DNA of 64,000 nt from Octopus vulgaris (taxonomy: Eukaryota): positions 41,044,001 through 41,108,000 of the forward strand of contig OX597839.1 of the NCBI GenBank assembly GCA_951406725.2, given 5' to 3'. The notes under the pieces were generated by a model that searched no databases, had not been told where the DNA came from, and saw only the letters and a program-made list of their open reading frames with translations. The position numbers and the translations under genes were made by a program. This document shows, piece after piece, positions 14,305 through 26,909 of the stretch. Within the stretch, counting starts at the first letter, position 1, and each line of letters opens with the position of its first letter.

Positions 14305-14500
14305 GACTCCGAATGTGACCTCGTGTGTACCGTTGGCGATTTTTTTTCTTCCGTCTTCCCTTCTTTGGATCTTTCCTTTTCCTATGTTTCTGACGAAACG
14401 TTAAACCCTCCTTCTTTCCTTCTTTCCTGAGCATCCAATTTGTTCCACATCCTCGCGTTGTAGTGTTTTCTCTTTGTGTTTTCATGTTTGGATTAACTTT
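14305..14500 (+). mobile_element. Probable Penelope pLTR fragment with collapsed hammerhead motif
   Basis: GTTT-CTGACGA-AACGTT-AAAC at 14386-14406, then a pyrimidine-rich tail abutting (TA)n. Confidence 0.5.
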
Positions 14501-14501
14501 A

Positions 14502-14647
<146 letters not shown>

Positions 14648-14873
14648 TATATACATATATACATATATACAGATATATACACACACATATATGTATAAAT
14701 ATATATACATATATATATATATATACATATATACATATATGCATATATATATAAATATATATATGTATATATATATATACACATATATATGTGTGTGTGT
14801 GTATATATTTATATATATATATATCATCATCATCATCATTATTTAACATCAACCTTCCACCATGATGGGATGG

Positions 14874-14917
<44 letters not shown>

Positions 14918-15037
14918 AACAAAAAATTCAACAAAAAAACCTACTCCATCTGGTGAGAGATAAATATTATTTATTTAAAGGTCACGTTATATTTATTAAA
15001 GTGCAACTAATAGTTTCATTTTCCATTGCTTACTTAC

Positions 15038-15125
15038 TGTATTTTCTTGATGCTTCCTTCTCAATTTTTTCGCGTTTCTTCTACTATTCAATTTCTTTAG
15101 TTCATTACGATCTGTGGTTTTGTGC
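15038..15125 (-). CDS. Candidate internal exon (88 nt) encoding basic segment HKTTDRNELKKLNSRRNAKKLRRKHQENT
   Basis: Branch point CTCTAAC, acceptor TTCTTCAG, donor GTAAGT, purine-rich open frame. Confidence 0.45.
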
Positions 15126-15196
15126 CTGAAGAATATGTTAGAGTTTTCTCAACATCTGAAACTTTTAGTAGTTTTTTAATACATGTATTTGTGAGA

Positions 15197-16450
15197 AGGT
15201 GGCAAGCTGGCAGAAACATTAGCACGTGGAGTGACATGCTTAGCAGTATTTCGTCTGTCTTTACGTTCTGAGTTCAAATTCCGCCGAGGTCAACTTTGCC
15301 TTTCATCCTTTCATCATCATCATCATCATCATCATCGTTTAGCATCCGCTTTCCATGCTGGCATGGATTGGACGGTGCAACTGGGGTCTGGGAAGCCAGA
15401 AGGCTGCACCAGGCCCAGTCTGATCTGGCAATGTTTCTACGGCTGGATGCCCTTCCTAATGCCAAAGAGATGCCCTTCCTAACGCCAAGATGCCCTTCCT
15501 AATGCCAAGATGCCCTTCCTAACGCCAAGATGCCCTTCCTAACGCTAATTTTTGGGGTCGATAAATTAAGTACCAGTTACGCACTGGGGTTGATGTAATC
15601 GACTTCATCCCTTTGTCTGCCCTTGTTTGTCTCCTCTATGTTTAGCCCCTTATAGGCAGTAAAGAAAGAAGAAACATTAGCATGCCGGGCGAAATGCTTA
15701 GCGGTATTTCGTCTCTCTTTATGTTCTCAGTTCAAATTCTGCCAAGGTCAACTTTGCCTTTCGTCCTTTCAGGGTCGATAAATTAAGTACCAGTTGCGTA
15801 CTGGGGTAGATCTAATTAACTAGCCCCCTCCCCCAAATTCTTCAAGCAGGCGTAGTAATAGTACCAAGCGGAGTTCATCCATCTTTACATTCTGAGTTCA
15901 AATTCCATCAAGGTTGACTTTTAGGGTCGATAAAATGAGTACCACTTGAAAACTGGGGTTGATTTAATCGACATGGTCCCTTCCCGAAAACTGTTGGCGT
16001 TGTGCTAAAATCTGAAACTAATATTACCAAGAGGTGGTGAGTTGGTAGAATTATAAATGCACCAGGCAAAATACTTAGCAGCATTTCATCTGTAGCTACA
16101 TTCTGAGTTCAAATTCCACTGAGGTCAACTTTGCCTTTTATTCTTTCTGGGTCAATAAAATAAGCATCTGCTGAGTGTTGGGCTTGATGTAATCAACTTA
16201 CCTACTCTCCTGAAATTGCTGGCCTTGTGCTGAAATTTGAAATTATCATTAAGGTGGCAAGATGGCAGAATCGTTAGCAGAATTTCGTCCATCTTTATGT
16301 TCTGAGTTCAAACTCCACCAAGGTCGATTTTACCTTTCATTCTCTCTGGATCAATAAAATAAGTACCAGTTAACCACTGGAGTTAATGTAATCGACTTCA
16401 TTCCATTCTGCCAAAATTGCTGGCCTTGTGCCAAAATTTGAAACAAATAT
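15197..16450 (+). mobile_element. Cluster of head-to-tail SINE family B copies with a nested family C fragment
   Basis: Repeated TTCTGAGTTCAAATTCC...GTCGATAAA units; family C insertion at 15311-15546 ends in a 20-bp tandem repeat (AGATGCCCTTCCTAAYGCCA). Confidence 0.8.
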
Positions 16451-16453
16451 TAC

Positions 16454-16578
16454 CTAGAGGAATACATTTCTTTTGCAGACCTCATTAATATATACAATCA
16501 TGTGCTGTGGAAAGATTTGTTGAATTTTAAAATTAATGGGAAAGCTTCTGATTGCCATGAAGTCCCTATATGAATGCC
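16454..16578 (-). CDS. Candidate exon with start codon at 16485 (MRSAKEMYSS)
   Basis: Acceptor TTTTACAG, donor GTAATA, phase 2 matches the next exon. Caveats: upstream ATGs in another frame; the donor abuts a SINE tail. Confidence 0.3.
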
Positions 16579-17211
16579 CTGTAAAATCGGTTCGGCATAT
16601 TAAATCCAAACTAGCGCAGCAATAGATATTTTTCTTGAAGAAAAAAAACAATACCCATTCATAAATCAATAAAAATACTATTATATATATATTGCAAGCG
16701 TTAAATTAATATTTTGATTGTTTTTAATAAAATACTATCTGTTTAATTCTTTAATCATTTACATTTAATCTCTGAGAAATGTTGCCATCATGCACAGATA
16801 CATCACAATTATTCTTGGTCATTTAACTTGCTCTGTTGCATTCAATTTCATTATTAATTGCGGTACGTGAAGATAATATTGCTTACGTTCTGTTTTAATG
16901 TTTAGTTCGACACATATTTTAATTAACTTTATCATGAAATAACAAGTGCTAACGTGACATTAACATTCATTTATCAAATCAAGAAAGATAGGCCAGTGTG
17001 TATATCGCAAGATTTAATTTTGTGCATGTATAAATATATACATACACGCACACACATACACACATATATATGGGTGTGTGTGTATGTATGTGTATGTGTG
17101 TGTGTGTGTGTATATATATATGTATATATGTATGTGTGTATGTATGCATATATATATATATATAGATATATGCACACACACACATACACACATATATATA
17201 TATATATACAT

Positions 17212-18105
17212 GAGTAGAGTGAAGAATTCCAGGTAGAGGTAGGGGTCCACCAAGGATCAGTCCTCAGCCGCCTCTTATTCATTATAGTCCTCCAGGCAAT
17301 AAAAGAGGAATTCAAGTCAGGTTGCCCCTGGGAGCTCCTCTATGCTGATGACCTTGCTCTAATTGCTGAGTCCCTATCAGAACTCAAGGAGACGTTTCAG
17401 GTGTGGAAGCAAGGATAAGAATCAAAGGGCCTTAGAGTCAACTTAGCTAAAACCAAAGTCCTAATAAGTAGGAAGGCAGACAAATCACAAATCCCTTCAG
17501 GTAGATGGCCCTGCTCGATCTGTAGAAAAGGCGTGGGTAGAAACTCTATAAGATGTACCCAGTGTAAGCTATGGACACATAAGAGGTGCAGCAATGTCAA
17601 AGGAAGGCTAACTAGGAAGATGGTTTTTTGTATGTGGCAAATGCTCAGGTGCTATAAACACTGAAAATGTGCAGAGAACAACTTCTGTCACAGTCCAAGG
17701 AGAAAAACTAGAAGTAGTTGATAGCTTCCATTACCTAGGGGACCAAGTCAGTAGCAACAATGGATGCTCTGAAAGAGTAGCTGCTAAAATAACAATATCC
17801 TGGCCAAAGTTCAGAGAGCTCCTACCTCTGCTGGTGACAAAGGGCCTCTCGCTCAGAGTAAAAGGTAGACTGTATGATGCATGTGTATGAACAGCCATGC
17901 TACATGGCAGTGAGACATGAGCCGTGATTGCTGAGGACGTGCGTAAGCTTGCAAGGAATGAAGCCAGTATGCTCTGCTGGATGTGTAATGTCAGTACGCA
18001 TACACGACAGAGTATAATCGCCCTGAGAGAAAAAGTTGGAGCCAAGAAGCATCAGTTGTGGTGTGCAAGAGAGACGACTGCACTGGTATGGTCATGTGTT
18101 GTGAA
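17212..18105 (+). mobile_element. RTE-clade LINE reverse transcriptase fragment (disrupted)
   Basis: VGVHQGSVLS, ELLYADDL, GLRVNLAKTK, Cys-rich insert, FHYLGDQV, KGRLYDACV; in-frame stops and frameshifts. Confidence 0.9.
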
Positions 18106-19084
18106 AGAATGTTTTTTTTTGTATTGTCTATCTTGATGTTTTGTTGTCCCTTTTTGTATCACTTAGTTGTCCGGATGTTTTGTGTTCTTGTCCCATTTTG
18201 TATTTTATATATGTGTGTGTATGTGTGTGTGTGTGTAAGGTAACGAGCTGGCAGAATCATTAGCACACCAAGCAAAATGCTTGCTGGCATTTCATCTGTC
18301 TTTATGTTCTGAGTTCAGATTCCACTGAGGTTGACTTTGCCTTTCATCCTTAAGGGGTCGATAGATTAAATACCTATTTCTTAAAATAAATTAAATACCT
18401 ATTGCCCACAAGGGGCTAAACACAGAGGGGACAAACAAGGACAGACATAGGTATTAAGTCGATTACATCGACCCCAGTGCGTAACTGGTACTTAATTTAT
18501 CGACCCCAAAAGGATGAAAGGCAAAGTCGACCTCGGCGGAATTTGAACTCAGAACATAACAGCAGACGAAATACCGCTAAGCATTTCACCCAGCATGCTA
18601 ACGTTTCTGCCAGCTCGCCGATAGATTAAATACCAGCTGTATCTCAGGGTTGATCTGATCAACTGGCCTCCCTCACCCAAACTTTCGGGCCTTGTGCCTA
18701 GAGTAGAAAAAATATATATATAGCTGTGTGTATGTGCATGTGCGTTTGTGTGTGTGTGTATGTGTGCGTGTCTTTATGCTCGTGTTTGTTTCCCCCACCA
18801 CCACCACCACTTGACAACCGATGTTAGTTTGTTTACGTTTCTTTAACTTAATGGTTCAACATAACTTAGCGGTTCGACATACAGAGACCGATAAAGTAAG
18901 TACCAGGCTTAAGAAAAATAAGTACAGGGGTCGATTCATTTGACTAAAAAGTCCTTCGAGGTAGTGCTCCAGCATGGCCGCAGTCTTATGACTGAAACAA
19001 GATAAAACATATTCATCTGAAAGTTGGGTGGGTGGGGGGACCCTTGTGTAGGTACACACTTTTTCTTCCTTTCTTTTTTTGTAC

Positions 19085-19503
19085 TCTTTCTCTTTTACTC
19101 TTTTACTTGTTTCAGTCACATGACAGTGGCCAAGCTGGAGCACCGCCTTTAGTCGAGAAAATCGACCCCAGGACTTATTCTTTGTAAGCCCAGTACTTAT
19201 TCTATCGGTCTCTTTTGCCGAACTGCTAAGTGACGGGGACGTAAACACACCAGCATCGGTTGTCAAGCAATGCTAGGGGGACAAACACAGACACACAAAC
19301 ATATACACACACACTTATATATATATATATACATATATACGACAGGCTTCTTTCAGTTTCCGTCTACCAAATCCACTCACAAGGCTTTGGTCGGCCCGGG
19401 GCTATAGCAGAAGACACTTGCCCAAGGTGTCACGCAGTGGGACTGAACCCGGAACCATGTGGTTGATTAGCAAGCTACTTACCACACAGCCACTCCTGCG
19501 CCT
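19085..19503 (-). mobile_element. SINE family A
   Basis: Full-length match. Confidence 0.85.
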
Positions 19504-19727
19504 ATATTGTATTTTTTTTTTTTAATAATTCGCTGTGATTTGCTGGGGATTTGACTGCTATTTCTGCAGGTCTAGGGATCATTTTAAGATGAGATCAAAA
19601 CGGTTTGTTTACTAATTGTATATGTGATAGCAGCAGCAGCAGCGGCAATAGCAGCAGCAGTCATAGTAGTAGTAGTAGCAGTAGTAGCAGCAGTGTCATT
19701 TCTAATGTAATTTTGGTTATAGTAGTG

Positions 19728-19772
<45 letters not shown>

Positions 19773-19824
19773 TCGGCAGCACCAATTTAATTTGTGATAT
19801 AATTTTGTTGTGTTGCTGCTGCTG

Positions 19825-19860
<36 letters not shown>

Positions 19861-19861
19861 G

Positions 19862-19906
<45 letters not shown>

Positions 19907-20826
19907 GAATAATAATAATAATAATAGTAGTAGTAGCAGCAGCACCTGTTTAATTTATAATATAATTTTGTTGCACTGCTACTACTACTACTACTACTAC
20001 TACTGTAGTAGTAGTAGTAGTTTTAACCCTGGGTCTAACCCGACTAAGCCAGACATGTTCTAAAAAAAATTTTAATCTTTTTTTTTTTCTTTTGTTTTTT
20101 TCTTTTGTTTTTGTTTTTGTTTTAAGACATTTATTTCTGCAGGGTGATATTAGAGAGAAGGATAAAGAGAGAGAGGGGGGGAAGGAACGGGGGGCATTTT
20201 GCTGTTATTTCTAGCATGTCTAGCGATTACGTAGTGCAAAAGACTAGAATAGAGAAAGTTTTTCGTTGCAGACGTGAACTGCAAGTGCACCAGTACCTGC
20301 ATAGGTGCAGCCGTGCCGAGAATTATAAAACGGATTTTACAATTTAACATACAAACACATAGGATTTGCATTCGGCAATATTAATTAAAACGCAATAATG
20401 CATTTATTAATAAAGGTAATTATAATTAATTTCAAGCTGTCCTTATGGAGTACTTAAAACAAAGTGGACCGAAAAGACATAAAAAAAGACCAAACACGCA
20501 CACATACTCATACGTAACCCAAAATATATAAGCTTCGTGGTTGCTTATTAATGTTTTGAGTTCAAATGCCGCAGAAGTCACCGTTGCTTTTCATGCTTCG
20601 AGGTGTCAGTAAAATAAAACACCAGTTAAATATTTAGTCGATTGAATATTTTTTTTTTTTTATAGAACTTTCGGTTCTGAGTTCGAATTCCGTCGAGGTC
20701 TACACTTTGCCTTTCATCTTTCCGGGGGTCGATGATAAATTAAGTACCAATTACGCACTGGAGTCGATGTAATCGACTCGCCCTTTCCGTTGAAACCGAT
20801 ATTCTTGTAAAACAGGGATCGGCGGT

Positions 20827-21045
20827 AATGGTGAACCCTATCCAAGGGGTCGATAAACAGCTGGAGAGTACTGTTTTTTTGTTTGTTTTTTTCTTCAGAA
20901 AAACGTGGGTAAAATTCCTCTCAAGTATCGTTGCAATAACTTGAATTTGCGAAACAGGAATTTTACCCACGATTTTCTGAAGAAAAAAACAAACAAAACC
21001 GTACTCTCCAGCTGTTTATCGACCCCTTGTATAGGATTCACCATT
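20827..21045. repeat. Long inverted repeat (~90-bp arms, ~37-nt spacer)
   Basis: 20827-20918 vs 20956-21045 are reverse complements with about four mismatches and one small indel. Confidence 0.85.
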
Positions 21046-21290
21046 CATTTTAAGGGGTTGGTAAAAAATAAAGTAGCCGCAAAATACTGGATTCGATTTA
21101 ATATTCCTGAGAAGTAAAGATCGATGTAGTAGTTAATATCGATTCCTAGGGACTTATGCAGTTATGTATCAATCCGAAGGGTAGATAAACACCTGAAACT
21201 ATTTTGAGAATTAAGGGTGGTGACTCCTTTACCAAGTGTGAACGAAGCACTATTTATAAATAGTGTGTGTGACTATTGGTCCTTACACAG

Positions 21291-21327
<37 letters not shown>

Positions 21328-21836
21328 AGCATATGCGTAAATATATAAATTCTGACCATTCGACTATATTTTCCTTGTTCTTCTTCAATTTCGTTAAGTA
21401 TAACCCCTACGGAATATTGAAAACAAAGTGGACATTCCACTCAGCTTGGTTACTGCCCATTAACGTTCTGAGATCAAATTACGCCGATTTCAACATCAAC
21501 ATTGCTTTCGCCGAGGTCGACTTTGCCTTTCATCCTTTCGGGGTCGATAAATTAAGTACCAGTTACTCACTGGGGTCGATATAATCGACTTAATCCCCTT
21601 GTCTGTCCTTGTTTGTCCCCTCTATGTTTAGCCCCTTGTGGATAATAAAGAAACACATATTTTAAGGGGTCGGTAAAAATAAAATAGCCGTGAAAAACTG
21701 GATTCGATTTAATATTCCTAAGAAGTATAGATCGATGTGAAGTGGTTAATATCGATTCCTAGGGACCTATGCAGCTATGTATCAATCCGAAGGGTAGATA
21801 AACACCTGAAACTATTTTGAGAATTAAGGGTGGTGA
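21046..21836 (+). repeat. ~180-bp direct duplication (21046-21223 and 21659-21836)
   Basis: Both read ...GGATTCGATTTAATATTCCT...CACCTGAAACTATTTTGAGAATTAAGGGTGGTGA. Confidence 0.85.
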
Positions 21837-22137
21837 TTTAGTAGCGAAATGAAAATGGAAGAGCGCAAGAATTTAAGACTATTACCCTCTGATTCCCAAC
21901 TAAATTTCCAATAAATAAATGTTTACCAAACACCTATTTCCCGTTAAATATTCCAACTAAAGCAGTGATATAAATGAATTTTTATTGTTCTTCATTAATT
22001 TCGTCGACTATTTTCATAAACGAATTACTTAAATATTTCTTATTAATTAAAAATCGGTAGTGACACCACAGAACAACGAAGGAATTTATTGTTTTTAAAA
22101 CCAAGAAATTTTTTTTTTCCCCATTAATTATACTTTT

Positions 22138-22574
22138 GGCAATCTTTCGTCTCTAGTAGACCTTTCCGTCGATTTCCGTAAAAAATTTTTTTTTTTTTAC
22201 ATATGGGCTTGCGGGAACTTTTGAAGTAATGAGAGCGAAAGAGACTAAGAGAAAGCGATTGTATGACGAGGGAAGTTCTTTTGAAGTTACCGTGCATGGC
22301 AAGCATTCATGTACATGTGTGTGTGTGTGTGTGTTTGATGGGGTGTGTTTGATGGGGTTTGATGGAGTATGTTGTGTAAGTGAAGTGCTTCTGTTAGTGT
22401 GTGTGAAGAGACAGAGTAATGTGTGAAAGAGAGAGATAACTGAAATTTTTTACTCGGTGTATGTGTATATGTATGTATATTACTTCAAAAGTTCCCGCAA
22501 GCCCATATGTAAAAAAAAAAAAATTTTTTTTTACGGAAATCGACGGAAAGGTCTACTAGAGACGAAAGATCGCC
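22138..22574. mobile_element. Fold-back or MITE-like element with ~93-bp inverted arms
   Basis: 22138-22230 vs 22478-22574 are near-perfect reverse complements around ~250 bp of spacer. Confidence 0.65.
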
Positions 22575-22794
22575 ATACTTTTTTATTTTATTTTAGAAAT
22601 TTACACGACGTGGGTTTAAGTTATCAGGGATCCCACGAAGGGACCAATGTGTTATAAAGAAGACAGAAGGCAGTGCACAAGCTGTGAGCAGAATCATAAC
22701 AGAACACATGTGACGGTTTACACAGGAATATTGTTTTGGTTTTTGAAGCTTAAACGGTTTTTGCCCCCATTTCGAGCTTGGAACACCACGCCCC

Positions 22795-22955
22795 TCTTAC
22801 TTCCAGGGACCGTTGGAAATTTGAATGCTGGCGAAATTCCTCCTCAGCTACCCACAACGTGACGGGGCTGAATCCAGTCACGTCGAATCCTTTACCAATT
22901 GTGGACGAAGCAACTATTTATAAATAGTGTGTGTGTGTGTGTGACTATTGGTCCT
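22795..22955 (-). promoter_or_regulatory. Candidate promoter and non-coding first exon of the minus-strand transcript
   Basis: Palindromic CTATTTATAAATAG (TATA on both strands, 22914-22927), CCAAT on both sides, CpG-containing 90 nt, then donor GTAAGA at 22800-22795. Confidence 0.35.
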
Positions 22956-22994
22956 TACACAGTACTGTGTGCGAGTGTGTGCGTGTGTGTGTGT

Positions 22995-23700
22995 GTATGT
23001 ATGTATGTATGTATGTATGTATGTTTGTATGTATGTATGTTTGTATGTATGTATGTATGTATGTTTGTATGTATGTATGTATGTTTGTACGTATGTATGT
23101 ATATATGTATGTATGTATGTGTGTGTGTGTGTATGTATGTATGTACGTATGTATGTATGTATGTATGTGTGTATGTATGTATGTATGTATGTATGTGTGT
23201 GTGTATGTATGTATGTATGTATGTATGTATGTGTGTGTATGTATGTATGTATGTCCAAATAGTGACTCGGAGGCCGCAGTGTAACAGGTTGGAAACTCGA
23301 CTCTTGCGTCACTTGCCTGACTTTACAATTACATACATGCATACATACATACATAAATACGTACATACAAACATACATACATACATATATACATACTTAC
23401 ATAAATACATACATACATACATACATCCATACATGAATACATACATACATACATACATACATACATACATACATACAAACATACATACATACATACATAC
23501 ATACATACATACATACATACATACAAACACACACACATACACAGTATGTGTGTGTGTGTAATGCAGTTACACTATGCACTTATGTACACACAAACACAAA
23601 CACATTTATACACAACACACACACACACAATATACGCCCAGTATAGTTCACGGTCAATGTTAATTGACTGCACGAGAGAGACCGATAGAGAGAAAGAGCG

Positions 23701-23749
<49 letters not shown>

Positions 23750-23959
23750 TTTGATGTAGTCAGCTCTAAAACTAGGGCAAACATTGTCACAGAAGCGGAT
23801 ATTATATATTTATACCATATCACGTTATTTGTACGCATGTATGTATGTATGTATGTATGTATGTATGTATGTATGTATGTATGTATGTATGTGTGTGTGT
23901 ATGTTTGTATGTATGTATGTATGTTTGTATGTTTGTATGTATGTATGTATGTGTGTGTG

Positions 23960-23990
<31 letters not shown>

Positions 23991-24335
23991 GTGTATGTAT
24001 GTATATATATGTATGTTTGTATGTATGTATGTGTGTGTGTATTTATGTGTGTATGTATTTATGTATTTATGTATGTATGTATGTATGTATGTATGTATGT
24101 ATGTGTTTATGTATGTATGTATGTATGTGCGTGTGTATGTATGTATGTATGTATGTATGTATGTATGTGAGTGTGTGTGTATTTATGTTTGTATGTATTT
24201 ATGTATGTATGTATGTTTGTATGTATATATGTATTTATGTATGTATGTATGTATGTATGTATTATGTATGTATTTATGTATGTATGTATGTGTGTGTATA
24301 TATATATGTATGTACTATGTATGTATGTGTGTACG

Positions 24336-24369
<34 letters not shown>

Positions 24370-24690
24370 TGTATGTATTTATTTTTGTATGTATGTATGT
24401 ATGTATGTATGTATGTATGTATGTATGCATGCACGTTTGTATATATGTACAGATGGATAGATGTAAGAATGTGTGTGTGTGTATATGCATAGATTTATGT
24501 ATTTTTGTATGTAAGGATGGATAGATGCACGGACAGACGGATGGATATGTATGTATGTACATACGGGTGGATGTAAATACATGTATGTATGTACGTGTGT
24601 GTGAATGTATGTATGTGTGTGTGTATGTACATATGTATGCGTGTACGTGCGTATATATTTATATATCTTTGTATGCATGCATGTATGCAT
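22995..24690. repeat. (TATG)n / (CATA)n / (GA)n microsatellite blocks
   Basis: Direct reading. Confidence 0.95.
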
Positions 24691-24867
24691 GGAGTGGCTG
24701 TGTGGTAAGTAGCTTGCTTACCAACCACATGGTTCCGGGTTGAGTCCCACTGCGTGGCATCTTGGGCAAGTGTCTTCTGCTATAGCCCCGGGCCGACCAA
24801 TGCCTTGTAAGTGGATTTGGTAGACGAAAACTGAAAGAAGCTTGTCGTATATATGTATATATATATG

Positions 24868-24900
<33 letters not shown>

Positions 24901-25112
24901 TTGTGTGTCTGTGTTTGTCCCCCTAGCATTGCTTGACAACCGATGCTGGTGTGTTTACGTCCCCGTTACTTAGCGGTTCAGCAAAAGAGATCGATAGAAT
25001 AAGTACTGGGCTTACAAAGAAAAGGCCCCGGGGTCGATTTGCTCGACTAAAGGCGGTGCTCCAGCATGGCCGCAGTCAAATGACTGAAACAAGTAAAAGA
25101 GTAAAAGAGAGA
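24691..25112 (+). mobile_element. SINE family A
   Basis: Full-length match. Confidence 0.85.
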
Positions 25113-25536
25113 GAGTATTCATTGTACAGGGTGTTCAGGATAAATTTGACAATTTTTTATTAATGCATCTTCCTTTTCGAAGAACAGCTTGATGCACTGG
25201 TGTAGAGTCAACAGCGTTGGAGAGCATAAGGAACAAAGATTATTAAAGCTGTAGAAGTCAAAAAGTTAACTGACATGGAGGTCTGGAAGGCATCTGAATA
25301 TTGGAACAGAGTTACCCGTATCATGAAGATTTGTGCCAAGAATCAAAATGCCAACATCCCAACAGCAGGTCAATGCTCAGGGAACATTGTAAAGTAGGGG
25401 TGGGTTAAACTTTTTAGTGTGGTGGGCAACAGTGGGCAAGAATTTACGATGTAAAAGGTCCACGGGCGGATCACAAGCCCTAACTCTTCTATCTGTATAA
25501 ATCTTGTATATTTATCTATGTATAATTCGATATACC

Positions 25537-25929
25537 CTTTTACTCTTTTACTCTTTTACTTGTTTCAGTCATTTGACTGCGACCATGCTGGAGCACCGCC
25601 TTTAGTCAAGCAAATTGACCCCGGGACTTATTCTTTGTAAGCCCCAGTACTTATTCTATTGGTCTCTTTTACCGAACCGCTAAGTAACGGGGACGTAAAC
25701 ACACCAGCATCGGTGGTCAAGCAATGCTAGGGGGGCAAACACAGACACACAAACACATACACACACATATATATATATACATATATATACGACAAGCTTC
25801 TTTCAGTTTCCGTCTACCAAATCCACTCACAAGGCATTGGTCGGCCCAGGGCTATAGCAGAAGACACTTGCCCAAGATGCCATGCAGTGGGACTGAACCC
25901 GGAACCATGTGGCTGGTTAGCAAGCTACA
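25537..25929 (-). mobile_element. SINE family A
   Basis: Match to other copies, slightly 5'-truncated. Confidence 0.85.
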
Positions 25930-26170
25930 CTGAATCTAGGATGATGAGGTTTCTATATTTTTCAGCTAGAGTGTAGTTGGGTCTCAAGGGGCTGGTACAA
26001 ACCTAGCAATATGTGTTTTATAGTGAAAATAAAATTTCCATTCAAGTGGCAATTACCGGACAATTTTCTGTTCGTGTCTATCTGTTTCAAGTCGAAGTGG
26101 AAACACGACTCATGTCACAAATAGGCATACAAATATTGTATAAATTTCATAATGAAAAAATTTACTATAT

Positions 26171-26580
26171 AGGCGCAGGAGTGGCTGTGTGGTAAGTAGC
26201 TTGCTAACCAACCACATGGTTCCGGGTTCAGTCCCACTGCGTGGCATCTTAGGCAAGTGTCTTCTGCTATAGCCCCAGGACGACCAATGCCTTGTGAGTG
26301 GATTTGGTAGACGGAAACTGAAAGAAGCCTGTCGTATATATGTATATATATATGTGTGTGTGTGTGTGTTGGTTTGTGTGTCTGTGTTTGTCTCCTAGCA
26401 TTGCTTGACAACCGATGCTGGTGTGTTTACGTCCCCGTCACTTAGCGGTTCGGCAAAAGAGACCGATAGAATAAGTACTGGGTTACAAAGAATAAGTCCC
26501 GGGGTCGATTTGCTTGACTAAAGGCGGTGCTCCAGCATGGGCGCAGTCAAATGACTGAAACAAGTAAAAGAGTAAAAGAG
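26171..26580 (+). mobile_element. SINE family A
   Basis: Full-length match. Confidence 0.85.
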
Positions 26581-26909
26581 TATATTTTGTACATATGGGT
26601 ATACCAGCCTGCAGGTGAAATAAATGGGCTAGCAGGGGCCATTGCGCCATCAGGCAGGGTTTTCCCCTACCCCCGCTGTATAGGCTGTAAGATCATATGG
26701 GCATCATGAAAACCATGTTTCCCTCCTGACTATTATGGTCTTTGGGTGTGTCACCAGCGAGAGTGATGTTACACTGCCCCACCTTTTTGAACAGGAGCTT
26801 AGACGCAATTCAGACAGCTATGTGAAGCTATGTGGTCGAACCCTGGCTGGAGAGGATTGCTCCTGGAAGGCCATATGAGTGGCAGCAGGATTCAACTCCT
26901 TGTCCTACC

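Noticed and set aside
20142-20303. Plus-strand exon after a long pyrimidine tract
   Set aside because: No good donor; overlaps a copy of the dispersed AGAAATAGCAGCC repeat.
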